Assembly: GCF_037042905.1 (NCBI RefSeq)
Contig: NC_087252.1
Coordinates: 6,574,001-6,634,000 of the forward strand
Length of the DNA: 60,000 nucleotides
Source: Lytechinus pictus
Lineage: Eukaryota
Direction: 5' to 3'
Shown: in pieces, positions 37,301-47,500 of the stretch
How positions within the stretch are numbered: the first letter of the stretch is position 1
How the letters are laid out: each line of letters opens with the position of its first letter
The notes under the pieces: model-generated
The model's input: the letters and a program-made list of their open reading frames with translations, nothing else
Database searches by the model: none
Told to the model about the DNA's origin: nothing
Translations under genes and position numbers: made by a program

Positions 37301-38492
37301 AACAGCAGCTCAGCTATCTCAGTGGGCTTCATCACAAAGTGCTCCAGGATCATTGAAACCTGACTTACACAGTAACCAAAGTAGAACCAGTCAGGGCTCA
37401 TCATTGATGCCTCCTCATATGGCATCTACCAGCAGTGGAGTGCCCTCACCTTATAACTTCCCTTCATCTGGGTCGAGATCCCGTATGACCCCTTCACCCT
37501 CAGAATCAAAGACATCACTAACAGCTTCATCCATTGCAAGCATAATTGCTAATTTAAAGCAGAATCCGATGGCTGCTATATCTCTGCCATCGGTTTCTTC
37601 TTTTGTCCCATCGTCCAACATGTCACGATCAATGTCCCAATCTGCAGTCCAAAACCAGCCTGTGTACTCGCAAGGGTTGGTGAGACCACATTTGAAGCAA
37701 CCACCAACATCAAAGCCAAGCACCCAGCCATCATCGATCCCTTCACAGCAGCAGCCAACCCCTTTTGGAGGTTCTGGGCTTTCTTTAGCCAGATCATTGT
37801 CCCAGCCATCAACAGTGTTTCCCCGGATGCCTTCCTCTGGACTTATTAGAGATCTTTCAAGAATGCAAAGCCAGCCAGCCGAATCCTCAGTATCTTCCCA
37901 TATTGCTCAGGTTGGAAGGAATGTATTTCCAACTACAGGACGGAATGTTCTTAACCCATCTCCATCTGCACTTTCATCCTTGAAGTCTTCAGCACCTGTG
38001 TCCCGCACAGCAGTTCAATCTTCTGCTAATACTGCTACACTGAAAGCTGTAGCTATGCAACCTACATCAGAAATTCCCCCTGATGTTAGGCCCGGAACAC
38101 AAAACAAGCAGCAACAAAATTCTGGATCCAGAACTACTTCAGATTCCAGATCTTCAACAAGCTCAAGCACCAGCCAAGGAGTCAGATCTACGTCTACAGG
38201 GACATCCAAACAACCTGCAGGAGTTGCGTCTGTATCCTCGTCGAGTGCCGGAACTCCCTCAGGATCAAAACAAGTATCTAAAGCAGACGATGGTAAATCT
38301 TCATCATCCAAGAGTGTAGCTCAAGCAAGCACAGGGCAACCTGCAAGATCAAGACCTTCATTTACACCAGCAGCAGGATCGACAACCACTGTATCTGCAG
38401 CACCCACTCAAAGAGTCATTCCTCCCTTTGAACCAAGGGTTACACGTGGACAATCAAAAGGGAAAGCAACAACCAAGAAAGAGGGATCATAA
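1233..38492 (+). CDS. NFRKB: NFRKB / INO80G orthologue, 17 coding exons in window (5' end outside window), about 1791 aa
   Basis: Manually spliced exons all have AG/GT sites and compatible phases (5376 nt including stop). Peptides match recalled NFRKB motifs: LPQFPED..LF...NF.FGNP (DEUBAD), SFFSL..W..SP...L.SW (winged helix), ERYSQPHKAF, PVKGVF.KET..NKAREH.LL.SDRP.YVTILSLVRDA.ARLPNGEGTRA, VSGALDRLHYEKDPC.KYD..RKLWIYLH. Confidence 0.95.
1734..1929 (+). CDS. NFRKB: NFRKB exon (DEUBAD: CLFERGNFMFGNP...LHRLLKEVLISRQ)
   Basis: ctttcag acceptor, gttggt donor, phase 2-0, within ORF 1609..1965. Confidence 0.92.
3181..3346. mobile_element. Palindromic MITE
   Basis: 26-bp TIR CAGTCAGCAATCTTTGAGCATAGTTT and its reverse complement. 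Confidence 0.8.
3796..3908 (+). CDS. NFRKB: NFRKB exon (ELLEAAIFTSP...VVEKKYR)
   Basis: ttacatag acceptor, gtaagt donor, phase 0-2. Confidence 0.85.
3850..4880 (+). repeat. Three tandem copies of a ~296-bp unit containing the 3' end of an NFRKB exon and its donor site
   Basis: AAGATTGTACAGAAATGACAAAGCTG recurs at 3852, 4310 and 4606. Confidence 0.92.
3929..4086. mobile_element. TTAA-specific MITE (Kolobok-like)
   Basis: TTAA|AGGGAT...ATCCCT|TTAA; the empty site GGAATTAATAGAG is seen in the two neighbouring tandem copies. Confidence 0.85.
5155..5185 (+). CDS. NFRKB: NFRKB 31-nt exon (MLASAKEGDT)
   Basis: long pyrimidine tract + tag, gtaagt donor, phase 2-0 restores frame. Confidence 0.75.
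5907..5943 (+). CDS. NFRKB: NFRKB 37-nt exon (TPDSSDDGDSRS)
   Basis: atatag acceptor, gtcagt donor, phase 0-1; resembles the SSDEE motif of NFRKB. Confidence 0.75.
6662..8286. repeat. Long imperfect inverted repeat (two ~0.8-kb arms, centre ~7490)
   Basis: ATGACGTCACT..GAGAGGCGTGATTGGCTCTC at 6662+ is mirrored at 8248-8286; centre CCACTGAACTGAAAATA-ca-TATTTTCAGTTCAGTGG. Confidence 0.92.
8767..8934 (+). CDS. NFRKB: NFRKB exon (INGFHPIPRD...DGIDTQ)
   Basis: tttaacag acceptor, gtgaga donor, phase 1-1. Confidence 0.75.
9040..9426 (-). mobile_element. tRNA-derived SINE, second family
   Basis: Minus strand TGGCTCAGTCGG (A box), GGTTCGAGTCC (B box), (AAT)n tail. Confidence 0.78.
9640..9900 (+). 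repeat. 15-bp minisatellite (TTGACCTTTGATCTC)n, about 17 degenerate copies
   Basis: Direct reading of tandem units. Confidence 0.9.
9901..10010 (+). CDS. NFRKB: NFRKB exon (KAAIPIKSSSP...EDEHLR)
   Basis: ctctag acceptor, gtaagg donor, phase 1-0. Confidence 0.78.
14355..15448. mobile_element. Non-autonomous hAT-type element inserted in LINE ORF2
   Basis: 8-bp TSD TGATTATA (14347-14354, 15449-15456); imperfect TIRs CAGGGTAGGAATTA / TAATTCCGACTG; minus-strand MDKFL... peptide resembling a transposase N-terminus. Confidence 0.8.
14589..14807. mobile_element. hAT-type MITE nested in the previous element
   Basis: 8-bp TSD CACCAGAG; TIRs CAGTGGCGTACCTA / TAGGTACGCTAGTG. Confidence 0.85.
16462..17187 (-). 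pseudogene. LINE ORF1 (L1-type coiled coil + RRM), frameshifted near 16603
   Basis: IDDLENQSRRCNIIISNV, RIHR, RPRPI motifs; C-terminus continues in another frame to a stop at 16462-16464. Confidence 0.85.
17392..17485 (+). CDS. NFRKB: NFRKB exon (KHPELNTKHITLTGMISRAF...)
   Basis: tttcag acceptor, gtatgt donor, phase 0-1; resembles the HPDL.T..LTL..I..R motif. Confidence 0.85.
17582..17981. mobile_element. PIF/Harbinger-type MITE
   Basis: TAA TSD; TIRs AGCCCTGTGCACAC / GTGTGCACTGGGCT. Confidence 0.8.
18723..18990 (+). CDS. NFRKB: NFRKB exon, Lys/Arg-rich putative NLS plus Ser/Pro-rich segment
   Basis: ctaccag acceptor, gtgagt donor, phase 1-2; KKRKDREKDRKKRKKKK. Confidence 0.87.
21207..22361 (+). 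repeat. 35-bp minisatellite, about 33 copies (ATTAAAGATACAATCAATCACACAATTAAGCTTAC)
   Basis: Near-perfect tandem units, period 35, no spacers. Confidence 0.97.
22448..22634 (+). CDS. NFRKB: NFRKB exon, winged-helix part 1 (SFFSLIRDIF...QPSWAK)
   Basis: ccctcag acceptor, gtaatg donor, phase 2-0. Confidence 0.9.
22642..23728 (+). mobile_element. Helentron-associated (HINE/DINE-1-like) element with ~120-bp internal tandem repeats
   Basis: Sub-terminal inverted repeat TCTCACCTGCAT (22648-22659) / ATGCAGGTGAGA (23694-23705), short 3' hairpin GCCagaGGC, T-rich ends, repeated AAGGTCAAAGGTCA units. Confidence 0.75.
25030..25135 (+). CDS. NFRKB: NFRKB exon, winged-helix part 2 (VVDGAMRFLNG...RQMWQWR)
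   Basis: ttcacag acceptor, gtgagt donor, phase 0-1. Confidence 0.88.
25627..30005. mobile_element. 4.4-kb non-coding TIR element, Sola-like
   Basis: Perfect TIR GGGCCATTCCGGTTAAG / CTTAACCGGAATGGCCC flanked by ATAT on both sides (4-bp TSD); no transposase ORF. Confidence 0.75.
30805..30946 (+). CDS. NFRKB: NFRKB exon (ELPPDSEEELVTLFKQWLDT...)
   Basis: ttgatag acceptor, gtgagt donor, phase 1-2; matches the D.E.EL..LF..WL.T motif. Confidence 0.88.
31821..31884 (+). CDS. NFRKB: NFRKB exon (VAHDTPDMVETKVVFPSFAEQ)
   Basis: ctttccag acceptor, gttagt donor, phase 2-0; ends in F.EQ, continuing into ERERYSQ. Confidence 0.82.
31980..32270 (+). repeat. Degenerate (GAT)n microsatellite
   Basis: Direct reading. 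Confidence 0.9.
32590..32764 (+). CDS. NFRKB: NFRKB exon (ERERYSQPHKAF...YVTILSL)
   Basis: ctacag acceptor, gtaaag donor, phase 0-1; highly conserved peptide. Confidence 0.95.
34053..34280 (+). CDS. NFRKB: NFRKB exon (RDAVARLPNGEGTRA...LWIYLHKDRTIEEF)
   Basis: ccccag acceptor, gtaagg donor, phase 1-1; highly conserved peptide. Confidence 0.95.
34695..34777 (+). CDS. NFRKB: NFRKB exon (RLHMEQGAEAKARKS...PKMA)
   Basis: ttttag acceptor, gtaagt donor, phase 1-0; matches ER.H..Q...AKARK. Confidence 0.9.
35253..38492 (+). CDS. NFRKB: NFRKB terminal exon, 1079-aa S/G/P/Q/T-rich low-complexity tail
   Basis: caacag acceptor in phase 0, uninterrupted ORF 35196..38492 ending TAA. Confidence 0.88.
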   Translation, partial: SGLRDSPINFQASRPGSAMSDTSSENLSIEVCSPKASPGRASSPKTSRKSPAYAKINPVSGFHGGLDLGKGDHPGSSGTVSTSSGKLVSAQAPGQAPFVISPQKINSLQSALKGLHQSPAAGQIGGGDNLMRAQLLAAKVSEGTAPAFGPQGIVMHDVGRSVGSIADILRGAVGSAGDMAPSSSGSGLKEMPKFMKSMSVPCTLPDGKVVMISPELLMPSAKATKKRSRSGSGGRKKGNPLQSSEGALTGSGATDLSMLINSNIITQTSVTVSQGTSKASRKSVTPPTSVTLGTNKLATVSEALAQKRAEAALQSGRQQGRGQSTITLPPGALKGQTVKSILASVGIPLSGASVTVSRIDTPGSSSSAKQASGKSKDSRKSPVFSGVNILSSQPATKGRPSSAPSMSGKKSPITSMHHAIGHQAIGLTTVTKGGQIVVQPVALGIERPGSAASPGIGRQSSSPAAQGLTLKAIPVSIAKQHSLSASQDSRKMQHQSTSEVINISQGDSSGSGKSKVRKRGDGKHISAATAAAALAQAGKMSAGTELKDLASVPLSVLFPGARQGGSQKGGLPVLTPFLPGGQIPLASLTDGKGGVVFQMPHGSNIMSLPVSGVPVNPQRTTGSSISISTTSPSSTVAQSARQLPQHSSSGARTSPALPSNIVSATIRSALAAAQSRANPQQGLTAAQLSQWASSQSAPGSLKPDLHSNQSRTSQGSSLMPPHMASTSSGVPSPYNFPSSGSRSRMTPSPSESKTSLTASSIASIIANLKQNPMAAISLPSVSSFVPSSNMSRSMSQSAVQNQPVYSQGLVRPHLKQPPTSKPSTQPSSIPSQQQPTPFGGSGLSLARSLSQPSTVFPRMPSSGLIRDLSRMQSQPAESSVSSHIAQVGRNVFPTTGRNVLNPSPSALSSLKSSAPVSRTAVQSSANTATLKAVAMQPTSEIPPDVRPGTQNKQQQNSGSRTTSDSRSSTSSSTSQGVRSTSTGTSKQPAGVASVSSSSAGTPSGSKQVSKADDGKSSSSKSVAQASTGQPARSRPSFTPAAGSTTTVSAAPTQRVIPPFEPRVTRGQSKGKATTKKEGS

Positions 38493-38840
38493 CTCAATGA
38501 CTATACCGAATACATGATCTGTAATCCCTCTAGTCATCGTACAGGGACCACTTGGATCGAGTTGGCAACAGGGAATTGAAAGCTTGTCTTGCATTTCAAT
38601 CGTCAAGAAGTAGTATGATGGCCTAGCAGTACTAGGGTGACAGACAATCTTACAGTCAACCAAACATTCATCAAGGCAGAGATACAGATGATTCAATCAA
38701 ATTTGACCAAATTCATTATTGTGCCCACTATGTTATGGTTCACTATTGTTTAATGCAATTTCAGTGGAATTGGATGCTATTATTATCTATCATCAATTTA
38801 TAACGGATACGATTTTCATCAATATTACCTGTCATGGGTG

Positions 38841-39030
38841 GAGGTGTCATGACCGAAAGGTCTAAGGCGCCTGACGATACACATGAAAGCCTGGGGTTCA
38901 AGCCCCGTAATGACACCTATGCCCGTGAGCAAAGCATTCAATCAACCCTGCTATTTTATCTTACATTCAAATAAATGGAAATACTATATGCATTCTTGGT
39001 AACTATGTGTGCACTTATTTAAAAAAAAAG
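38841..39030 (+). mobile_element. tRNA-derived SINE in the probable NFRKB 3' UTR; related copy at ~2560-2750 on the minus strand
   Basis: GGTCTAAGGCGCCTGAC, GGTTCAAGCCC, CACCTATGCC motifs, A-run end. Confidence 0.65.
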
Positions 39031-39714
39031 AAGCTCAACTGTGCCATTACAGCGGTAGAGCTTCATCCTATACAATTGACTGCCAAAATGAGTTTTCTAA
39101 AGGCTTCATGCATCTGCTCGATAGAAATTCTTTACCTCCACGTCACTTTACTATTTTTAATATCCTTGGAGGATTCTTGCCACTTAAAAGATTTGAGGTA
39201 TATTCGCTAAAGTCCTGTCACATCGTTCCATGAAAGCCTTGCGTGTGACTTGCGGGTAACTATTTTTGCTACCCACAGGTTGCCTGCATGGACAGTATCT
39301 CACAGTCACTTATCTCGCATTCAGTTGCCCACAGGAGCGTACGCAAGTCTGATTTGCCCGCAGAAAAGTTTCGAACATGCTCAAAAAATTAGTTGCGGGT
39401 GATTCCCTACAACCAGCCCACAATGCTTGCATGAACGATGTAAGAGGGCCTACCTGTATATTGGTTTGGAAACAAACAGCATATTGTGATTTCGTGATTA
39501 CTATTTTTCCTATTCCTACTATTAAAAGGCAAAATATTTCAACCTGTCGCTCTGGTGGCAAATAAAGTCAAGGGCCCTGTTGCATAAAAGCTACCATTAT
39601 GGTGACTCCACCCTTAAATGTTTACTACCATGGTAACAATGGTCAACAACCAATAAAAATTGAGGATTTCATGGATGTTACCATTGGATGGTAAATTTAC
39701 CATAATAGTAAAGT

Positions 39715-39911
39715 CAGGGGCAGATCCAGGATTTTCCAAAAGGGGGGGCACATTTTCCAGAGGAAAAGTTTGAGAAGCACTTTCAGAAGGGGCCACACTT
39801 CTGTTTTAACGGCATTTTTACATTACAGATTTTAATTGTGCCTCTCAAAGGGGGGGGGGGGGGGGGGGGGGGGGGTCACGAGCCAGCTGTGCCCCTCTGG
39901 ATCCGCCAGTG
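39715..39911. mobile_element. hAT-type MITE, nested in another small MITE
   Basis: 8-bp TSD AGTAAAGT; ends CAGGGGCAGATCCAG / CTGGATCCGCCAGTG. Confidence 0.85.
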
Positions 39912-41188
39912 AGTAAAGTTTATGCAACAGATCATAAAAATAACTCCCTCACCTCACATCACCAGGTTACATTCTATCTACTACTTGATTTAGCCCTCTT
40001 CATGATTCCTGCTGGCGCTCGTTTCGTAAAGAATTACAACTATTATAACTTTGCCATTATTGTTACTACCATGGGAACCTTTATTCTGATTGGGTTCTGA
40101 GCCCCGTTACCGTTCCCGGCTACCGTTGTAGTTGCTATAATGGAAAAGTTACAATCGTCTTAACTCTTTTTTTGAGATGGGTACGAGATCTTCAGATCTG
40201 TTTTGGTCAGTCTCTTCCTATCCTGTGATATCCCCATCAAGGTTTCTGTCTCTCTAGATCTTCTTATCAACAACTCGTGACTGTCAAGAATATGTCAATA
40301 TTTAAAAAAAAATCTTTTTGTGACAAAATATTGTCTTTTGTTGTAGCCAACTAGCCATTATATCCAACTTTGAGTTACCAAACTGTTTACTTTATGTTCT
40401 GTTATGAAATAGAATCAGCAAACTTTCCAATAATTATTCTGTCATCTTTTGGGGTTATTTTTTCACATCTGTTTTCTTTACTTTTGAACACAAGTTAGGA
40501 GGGCGACAGTGACTTCACAAAAGGGATATTGTTTACAGGCACACTGTTTTCCAATTACATGTCTCCTTTTTCTTTTTATCTTAATTGTTCTTCATTTCTA
40601 TATTCTTTTTTTACAGTATACTTTTAGAAAATGATAATTTTGATTACTTAAAAAAAACTCGGATCATAATTCAGATATAGGTGCAATTATTGTACTATTA
40701 AATCCCACAGTGAGAATCCCACAACACAAGTGATTTGAAGCAATCATAAAATGAGGCCGTTATATGTTATGCATGTATCTGTAAAATAACTTTATAATTA
40801 GAGCCCAAATGTTAATATCGTCGTAATTGTAAATACATTGAAAATGATTAAAATTGTTTTTCTACAAAACTGTGAACCTTGTTTAGAATTGTGAATATTT
40901 CATTCCTTGAAATCTTAAAGGTCAAGTCCATCTCAACAATATGTTGATTTGACTAAAAATATAAAAATCTAACAATAGCCTCAACACTGGAAATTCATCG
41001 AAAGGTAGCGCATGATGAAGTTACATTTAATTTTAGAAAAATTCTAATTTAGACTATGCAAATGAGAGATTTGATAATGTCACATGTTATTTATTTGTAT
41101 TTTGTAATATAAAATGCAAAGTTTTATTTAAATAGCTTTGTTAGTAACAGAGCTCTTAACTGGATCATAATTAAGTTACAATTAAGGC

Positions 41189-41503
41189 CACTGACGGATG
41201 CAAGTGGGGGCACAGTCGAACTGTGACCCCCCCCTTTGAGAGGCACAATTAAAATTTTTAATGTAAATGTTCCGTTTTAAGACAAGCGTGCCCCCTTTTT
41301 TAAATATTTTTTTATGGACGAAATAATCTTACATTGTGGGTGAAAACATTTTTTTTTTTTTTTGGGGGGGGGGAAGGGGCTTGTCAAATATTTTTGTGGA
41401 CGAAATAATCTTAGATTTTCGGGTGAAAACTTTTGTTTTCTTTGTCAAATTTTCCTCTTGAAAATTTGCCCCCCCTTTTTTAATAAATTCCTGACCGCCC
41501 CTG
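41189..41503. mobile_element. hAT-type MITE, same family, reverse orientation
   Basis: TSD ATTAAGGC / ATTATGGC; ends CACTGACGG / CCGCCCCTG. Confidence 0.75.
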
Positions 41504-41559
41504 ATTATGGCAATTACATGTGTTCAAATTGAAGTCAAATCATGCTTTGCATTAATAGG

Positions 41560-44500
41560 TAACAATTATAAAGGTAAGGTAACTCATTCGAATCTGTCGG
41601 GGCCTCAGAAATCTGTTAGACTTGGGCGAAATTCTGTCTAAGAAGATAACGGTCAAGTCCATAAAAAAAGTTGATTCGAAATTAGTTTAGAAAAATCAAA
41701 CAAGCATAACACCGAAAATTTCATCAAAATCGGAAGTAAAATAAAAAAGTTATGACATATTACAGTTTCACTGATATTTCACAAAACAGTTTGTATGCAC
41801 GAATCGGTGAAATGCCAATGAGAAAATCGATGATGTCCCTCACTGTTTCTTTTGTTTTTTTATTGTTTAAATCCCGGGTTTGAATTATACAATATTTCAA
41901 TTTTTACAGATTTGACAGGAAGGACCAACTTGGCTGAAACATGAATGGTAATAGCTCTATGGTAATACCTATCATGTTCAGGGAGGAATAAAACTTTGTG
42001 TTCAAATGACAGTGGGTATAAAATTAGAATATTTCATATGATCAAATACAAAAGAAATTGTGAGTGGGTGACGTCATCGATCCCCTTATTTTCATACCGA
42101 CGAGGATGTCCATATAAATGCATTGTGATTATTTACAGCCGATTTTGATGAAAAATTCAGTTTACGCTTGTTTGATCTTTTTTTTTTTTTTTTCAAATCA
42201 ACTTTTTTGTGTGTGGATGGTCTTGCCCTTTAAGAGTGACTTTAAAATATCTTAACATTCTCATTTGACATACGATTTTAATAAGATTTTCAGCAATCCA
42301 GTTTTTTTATTTTTCTCTAATTCTTCAAATTTAAATATATATTTTTTCAAGTTCATTGAAATGTCATTATTTTTACATTGACCATGTAACCTGTAAATTG
42401 TACTCACAAACTCCAGCCCCCCCCCCCAAAAAAAATATATCTACATTTAAATGATGTGGGGGCCATAACACACAGCTTAACAATGATCGTACAACAATCT
42501 ACGATTGAAATCGTCAAAAATCAAGCTTACGATTAATCGGTAATCTTTATGTCACGGGAACCTGGTTGCAATGTGGAAATTTGTATTTGAGGAATCAACT
42601 GGTTTCCAGCTGACTAAATTTTGAACTAGCTGGTACATGTTGGAAATAATATCAGTTCAACTAGTAAACAAACCAGTTAACTGTCTACCATAGAGAAGTT
42701 CCTCGGGTTATAACATCAAGCTTTCAACCTCAACTCGAAACCAAATTAACACGAAAGCTATAATGAATATTTTATCCCTTTATGGTGTATCTATGGAAAT
42801 TTAACCATTCTCTTGGTAACCAGGCATTAAGGTGTTTCTTATTTACACGGAACGTGCTTACTGTCGTTTTAATCCATCGTGATAAGAAGCTGCTTCTCCT
42901 ATGAGACGAAGTTTATTCTTCAGTTTGTTTTAATAGTATATATCGTCGACAAAGCTAATTAGCTGAGCGCTGTCTGGCTGGTATGCAAATGAGGTCCTCA
43001 TTTGCATACCAGCCAGGATGTGAGGAGACTATGATGTCATCCACTCACTATTTATTTTGTATTTTATTATATAAAATTTGAAACATTCTGATTTTCTCCT
43101 CATTGTCAAGTGATACAACAATTAATTCCTCCCTGGAGATGTGGAATTAGCATTGTTAAATACTATATGGTTCAGTCAAGTTGGTCCTTATTGTCAAATC
43201 TATAAAAATGAAATATTGTATAATTCAAACAATAAAAAAACAAAAGAAATAGTGAGTGATGGACATCATCGACTGACTCACCCAGTTGTGCATATCACTG
43301 TTTTGTGAAAAATAAGCAAAACTTTAAAATGTCATAACTTTCTTATTTTACATCCGATTTTGATGAAATTTTCTGCACTATGCTAGTTTGATTTTCCTCT
43401 ATTTATTCAAGTCAGCATTTTCCCGGGGTGGACTTGACCTTTAAAGATCCGATAAATGCTAATTCCTGAAAGTTTATTTTGGATTATAACAATTATAAAG
43501 GTAAGGTAACTCATTCGAATCTGTCGGGGCCTCAGAAATCTGTTAGACTTGGGCGAAATTCTGTCTAAGAAGATAACGGTCAAGTCCATAAAAAAAGTTG
43601 ATTCGAAATCAGTTTAGAAAAATCAAACAAGCATAACACCGAAAATTTCATCAAAATCGGAAGTAAAATAAAAAAGTTATGACATATTACAGTTTCACTG
43701 ATATTTCACAAAACAGTTTGTATGCACGAATCGGTTAAATGCCAATGAGAAAATCGATGATGTCCCTCACTGTTTCTTTTGTTTTTTATTGTTTGAATCC
43801 CGGGTTTGAATTATACAATATTTCAATTTTTACAGATTTGACAGGAAGGACCAACTTGGCTGAAACATGAATGGTAATAGCTCTATGGTAATACCTATCA
43901 TGTTCAGGGAGGAATAAAACTTTGTGTTCAAATGACAGTGGGTATAAAATTAGAATATTTCATATGATCAAATACAAAAGAAATTGTGAGTGGGTGACGT
44001 CATCGATCCCCTTATTTTCATACCGACGAGAATGTCCATATAAATGCATTGTGATTATTTACAGCCGATTTTGATGAAAAATTCAGTTTACGCTTGTTTG
44101 ATCTTTTTTTTTTTTTTTTTTTATTCAAATCAACTTTTTTTGTGTGTGGATGGTCTTGCCCTTTAAGAGTGACTGTAAAATATCTTAACATTCTCATTTG
44201 ACATACGATTTTTAATAAGATTTTCAGCAATCCAGTTTTTTTATTTTTCTCTAATTCTTCAAATTTAAATATATATTTTTTCAAGTTCATTGAAATGTCA
44301 TTATTTTTACCTTGACCATGTAACCTGTAAATTGTACTCACAAACTCCAGCCCCCCCCAAAAAAAAATATATCTACATTTAAATGATATGGGGGCCATAA
44401 CACACAGCTTAACAATGATCGTACCACAATCTACGATTGAAATCGTCAAAAATCAAGCTTATGATTAATCGGTAATCTTTATGTCACGGGACCCTGGTTG

Positions 44501-47500
44501 CAATGTGGAAATTTGTATTTGAGGAATCAACTGGTTTCCAGCTGACTAAATTTTGAACTAGCTGGTACATGTTGGAAATAATATCAGTTCAACTAGTAAA
44601 CAAACCAGTTAACTGTGTACCATAGAGAAGTTCCTCGGGTTATAACATCAAGCTTTCAAACTCAACCCGAAACCAAATTAACACGGGAGCTATAATGAAT
44701 ATTTTATCCCTTTATGGTGTATCTATGGAAATTTAACCATTCTCTTGGTAACCAGGCATTAAGGTGTTTCTTATTTACACGGAACGTGCTTACTGTCGTT
44801 TTAATCCATCGTGATAAGAAGCTGCTTCTCCTATGAGACAAAGTTTATTCTTCAGTTTGTTTTAATAGTATATATCGTCGACAAAGCTAATTAGCTGAGC
44901 GCTGTCTGGCTGGTATGCAAATGAGGTCCTCATTTGCATACCAGCCAGGATGTGAGGAGACTATGATGTCATCCACTCACTATTTATTTTGTATTTTATT
45001 ATTTAAAATTTGAAACATTCTAATTTTCTCCTCATTGTCAAGTGATACAACAATTAATTCCTCCCTGGAGATGTGGAATTAGCATTGTTAAATACTATAT
45101 GGTTCAGTCAAGTTGGTCCTTATTGTCAAATCTATAAAAATGAAATATTGTATCATTCAAACAATAAAAAAACAAAAGAAATATTGAGTGATGGACATCA
45201 TCGACTGACTCACCCAGTTGTGCATATCACTGTTTTGTGAAAAATAAGCAAAACTTTAAAATGTCATAACTTTCTTATTTTACATCCGATTTTGATGAAA
45301 TTTTCTGCACTATGCTAGTTTGATTTTCCTCTATTTATTCAAGTCAGCATTTTCCCGGGGTGGACTTGACCTTTAAAGATCCGATAAATGCTAATTCCTG
45401 ATAGTTTATTTTGGATTATAACAATTATAAATGTAAGGTAACTCATTCGAATCTGTCGGGGCCTCAGAAATCTGTTAGACTTGGGCGAAATTCTGTCTAA
45501 GAAGATAACGGTCAAGTCCATAAAAAAAGTTGATTCGAAATCAGTTTAGAAAAATCAAACAAGCATAACACCGAAAATTTCATCAAAATCGGAAGTAAAA
45601 TAAAAAAGTTATGACATATTACAGTTTCACTGATATTTCACAAAACAGTTTGTATGCACGAATCGGTGAAATGCCAATGAGAAAATCGATGATGTCCCTC
45701 ACTGTTTCTTTTGTTTTTTATTGTTTGAATCCCGGGTTTGAATTATACAATATTTCAATTTTTACAGATTTGACAGGAAGGACCAACTTGGCTGAAACAT
45801 GAATGGTAATAGCTCTATGGTAATACCTATCATGTTCAGGGAGGAATAAAACTTTGTGTTCAAATGACAGTGGGTATAAAATTAGAATATTTCATATGAT
45901 CAAATACAAAAGAAATTGTGAGTGGGTGACGTCATCGATCCCCTTATTTTCATACCGACGAGAATGTCCATATAAATGCATTGTGATTATTTACAGCCGA
46001 TTTTGAGGAAAAATTCAGTTTACGCTTGTTTGATCTTTTTTTTTTTTTTTTTATTCAAATCAACTTTTTTTGTGTGTGGATGGTCTTGCCCTTTAAGAGT
46101 GACTGTAAAATATCTTAACATTCTCATTTGACATACGATTTTAATAAGATTTTCAGCAATCCAGTTTTTTATTTTTCTCTAATTCTTCAAATTTAAATAT
46201 ATATTTTTTCAAGTTCATTGAAATGTCATTATTTTTACCTTGACCATGTAACCTGTAAATTGTACTCACAAACTCCAGCCCCCCCCAAAAAAAAGATATA
46301 TCTACATTTAAATGATATGGGGGCCATAACACACAGCTTAACAATGATCGTACCACAATCTACGATTGAAATCGTCAAAAATCAAGCTTATGATTAATCG
46401 GTAATCTTTATGTCACGGGACCCTGGTTGCAATGTGGAAATTTGTATTTGAGGAATCAACTGGTTTCCAGCTGACTAAATTTTGAACTAGCTGGTACATG
46501 TTGGAAATAATATCAGTTCAACTAGTAAACAAACCAGTTAACTGTGTACCATAGAGAAGTTCCTCGGGTTATAACATCAAGCTTTCAAACTCAACCCGAA
46601 ACCAAATTAACACGGGAGCTATAATGAATATTTTATCCCTTTATGGTGTATCTATGGAAATTTAACCATTCTCTTGGTAACCAGGCATTAAGGTGTTTCT
46701 TATTTACACGGAACGTGCTTACTGTCGTTTTAATCCATCGTGATAAGAAGCTGCTTCTCCTATGAGACAAAGTTTATTCTTCAGTTTGTTTTAATAGTAT
46801 ATATCGTCGACAAAGCTAATTAGCTGAGCGCTGTCTGGCTGGTATGCAAATGAGGTCCTCATGTGAGGAGACTATGATGTCATCCACTCACTATTTATTT
46901 TGTATTTTATTATTTAAAATTTGAAACATTATAATTTTCTCCTCATTGTCAAGTGATACAACAATTAATTCCTCCCTGGAGATGTGGAATTAGCATTGTT
47001 AAATACTATATGGTTCAGTCAAGTTGGTCCTTATTGTCAAATCTATAAAAATGAAATATTGTATCATTCAAACAATAAAAAAACAAAAGAAATAGTGAGT
47101 GATGGACATCATCGACTGACTCACCCAGTTGTGCATATCACTGTTTTGTGAAAAATAAGCAAAACTTTAAAATGTCATAACTTTCTTATTTTACATCCGA
47201 TTTTGATGAAATTTTCTGCACTATGCTAGTTTGATTTTCCTCTATTTATTCAAGTCAGCATTTTCCCGGGGTGGACTTGACCTTTAAAGATCCGATAAAT
47301 GCTAATTCCTGATAGTTTATTTTGGATTATAACAATTATAAATGTAAGGTAACTCATTCGAATCTGTCGGGGCCTCAGAAATCTGTTAGACTTGGGCGAA
47401 ATTCTGTCTAAGAAGATAACGGTCAAGTCCATAAAAAAAGTTGATTCGAAATCAGTTTAGAAAAATCAAACAAGCATAACACCGAAAATTTCATCAAAAT

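Noticed and set aside
35448..38311. Several antisense ORFs over the large exon
   Set aside because: They are shadows of the sense coding sequence with no independent evidence.
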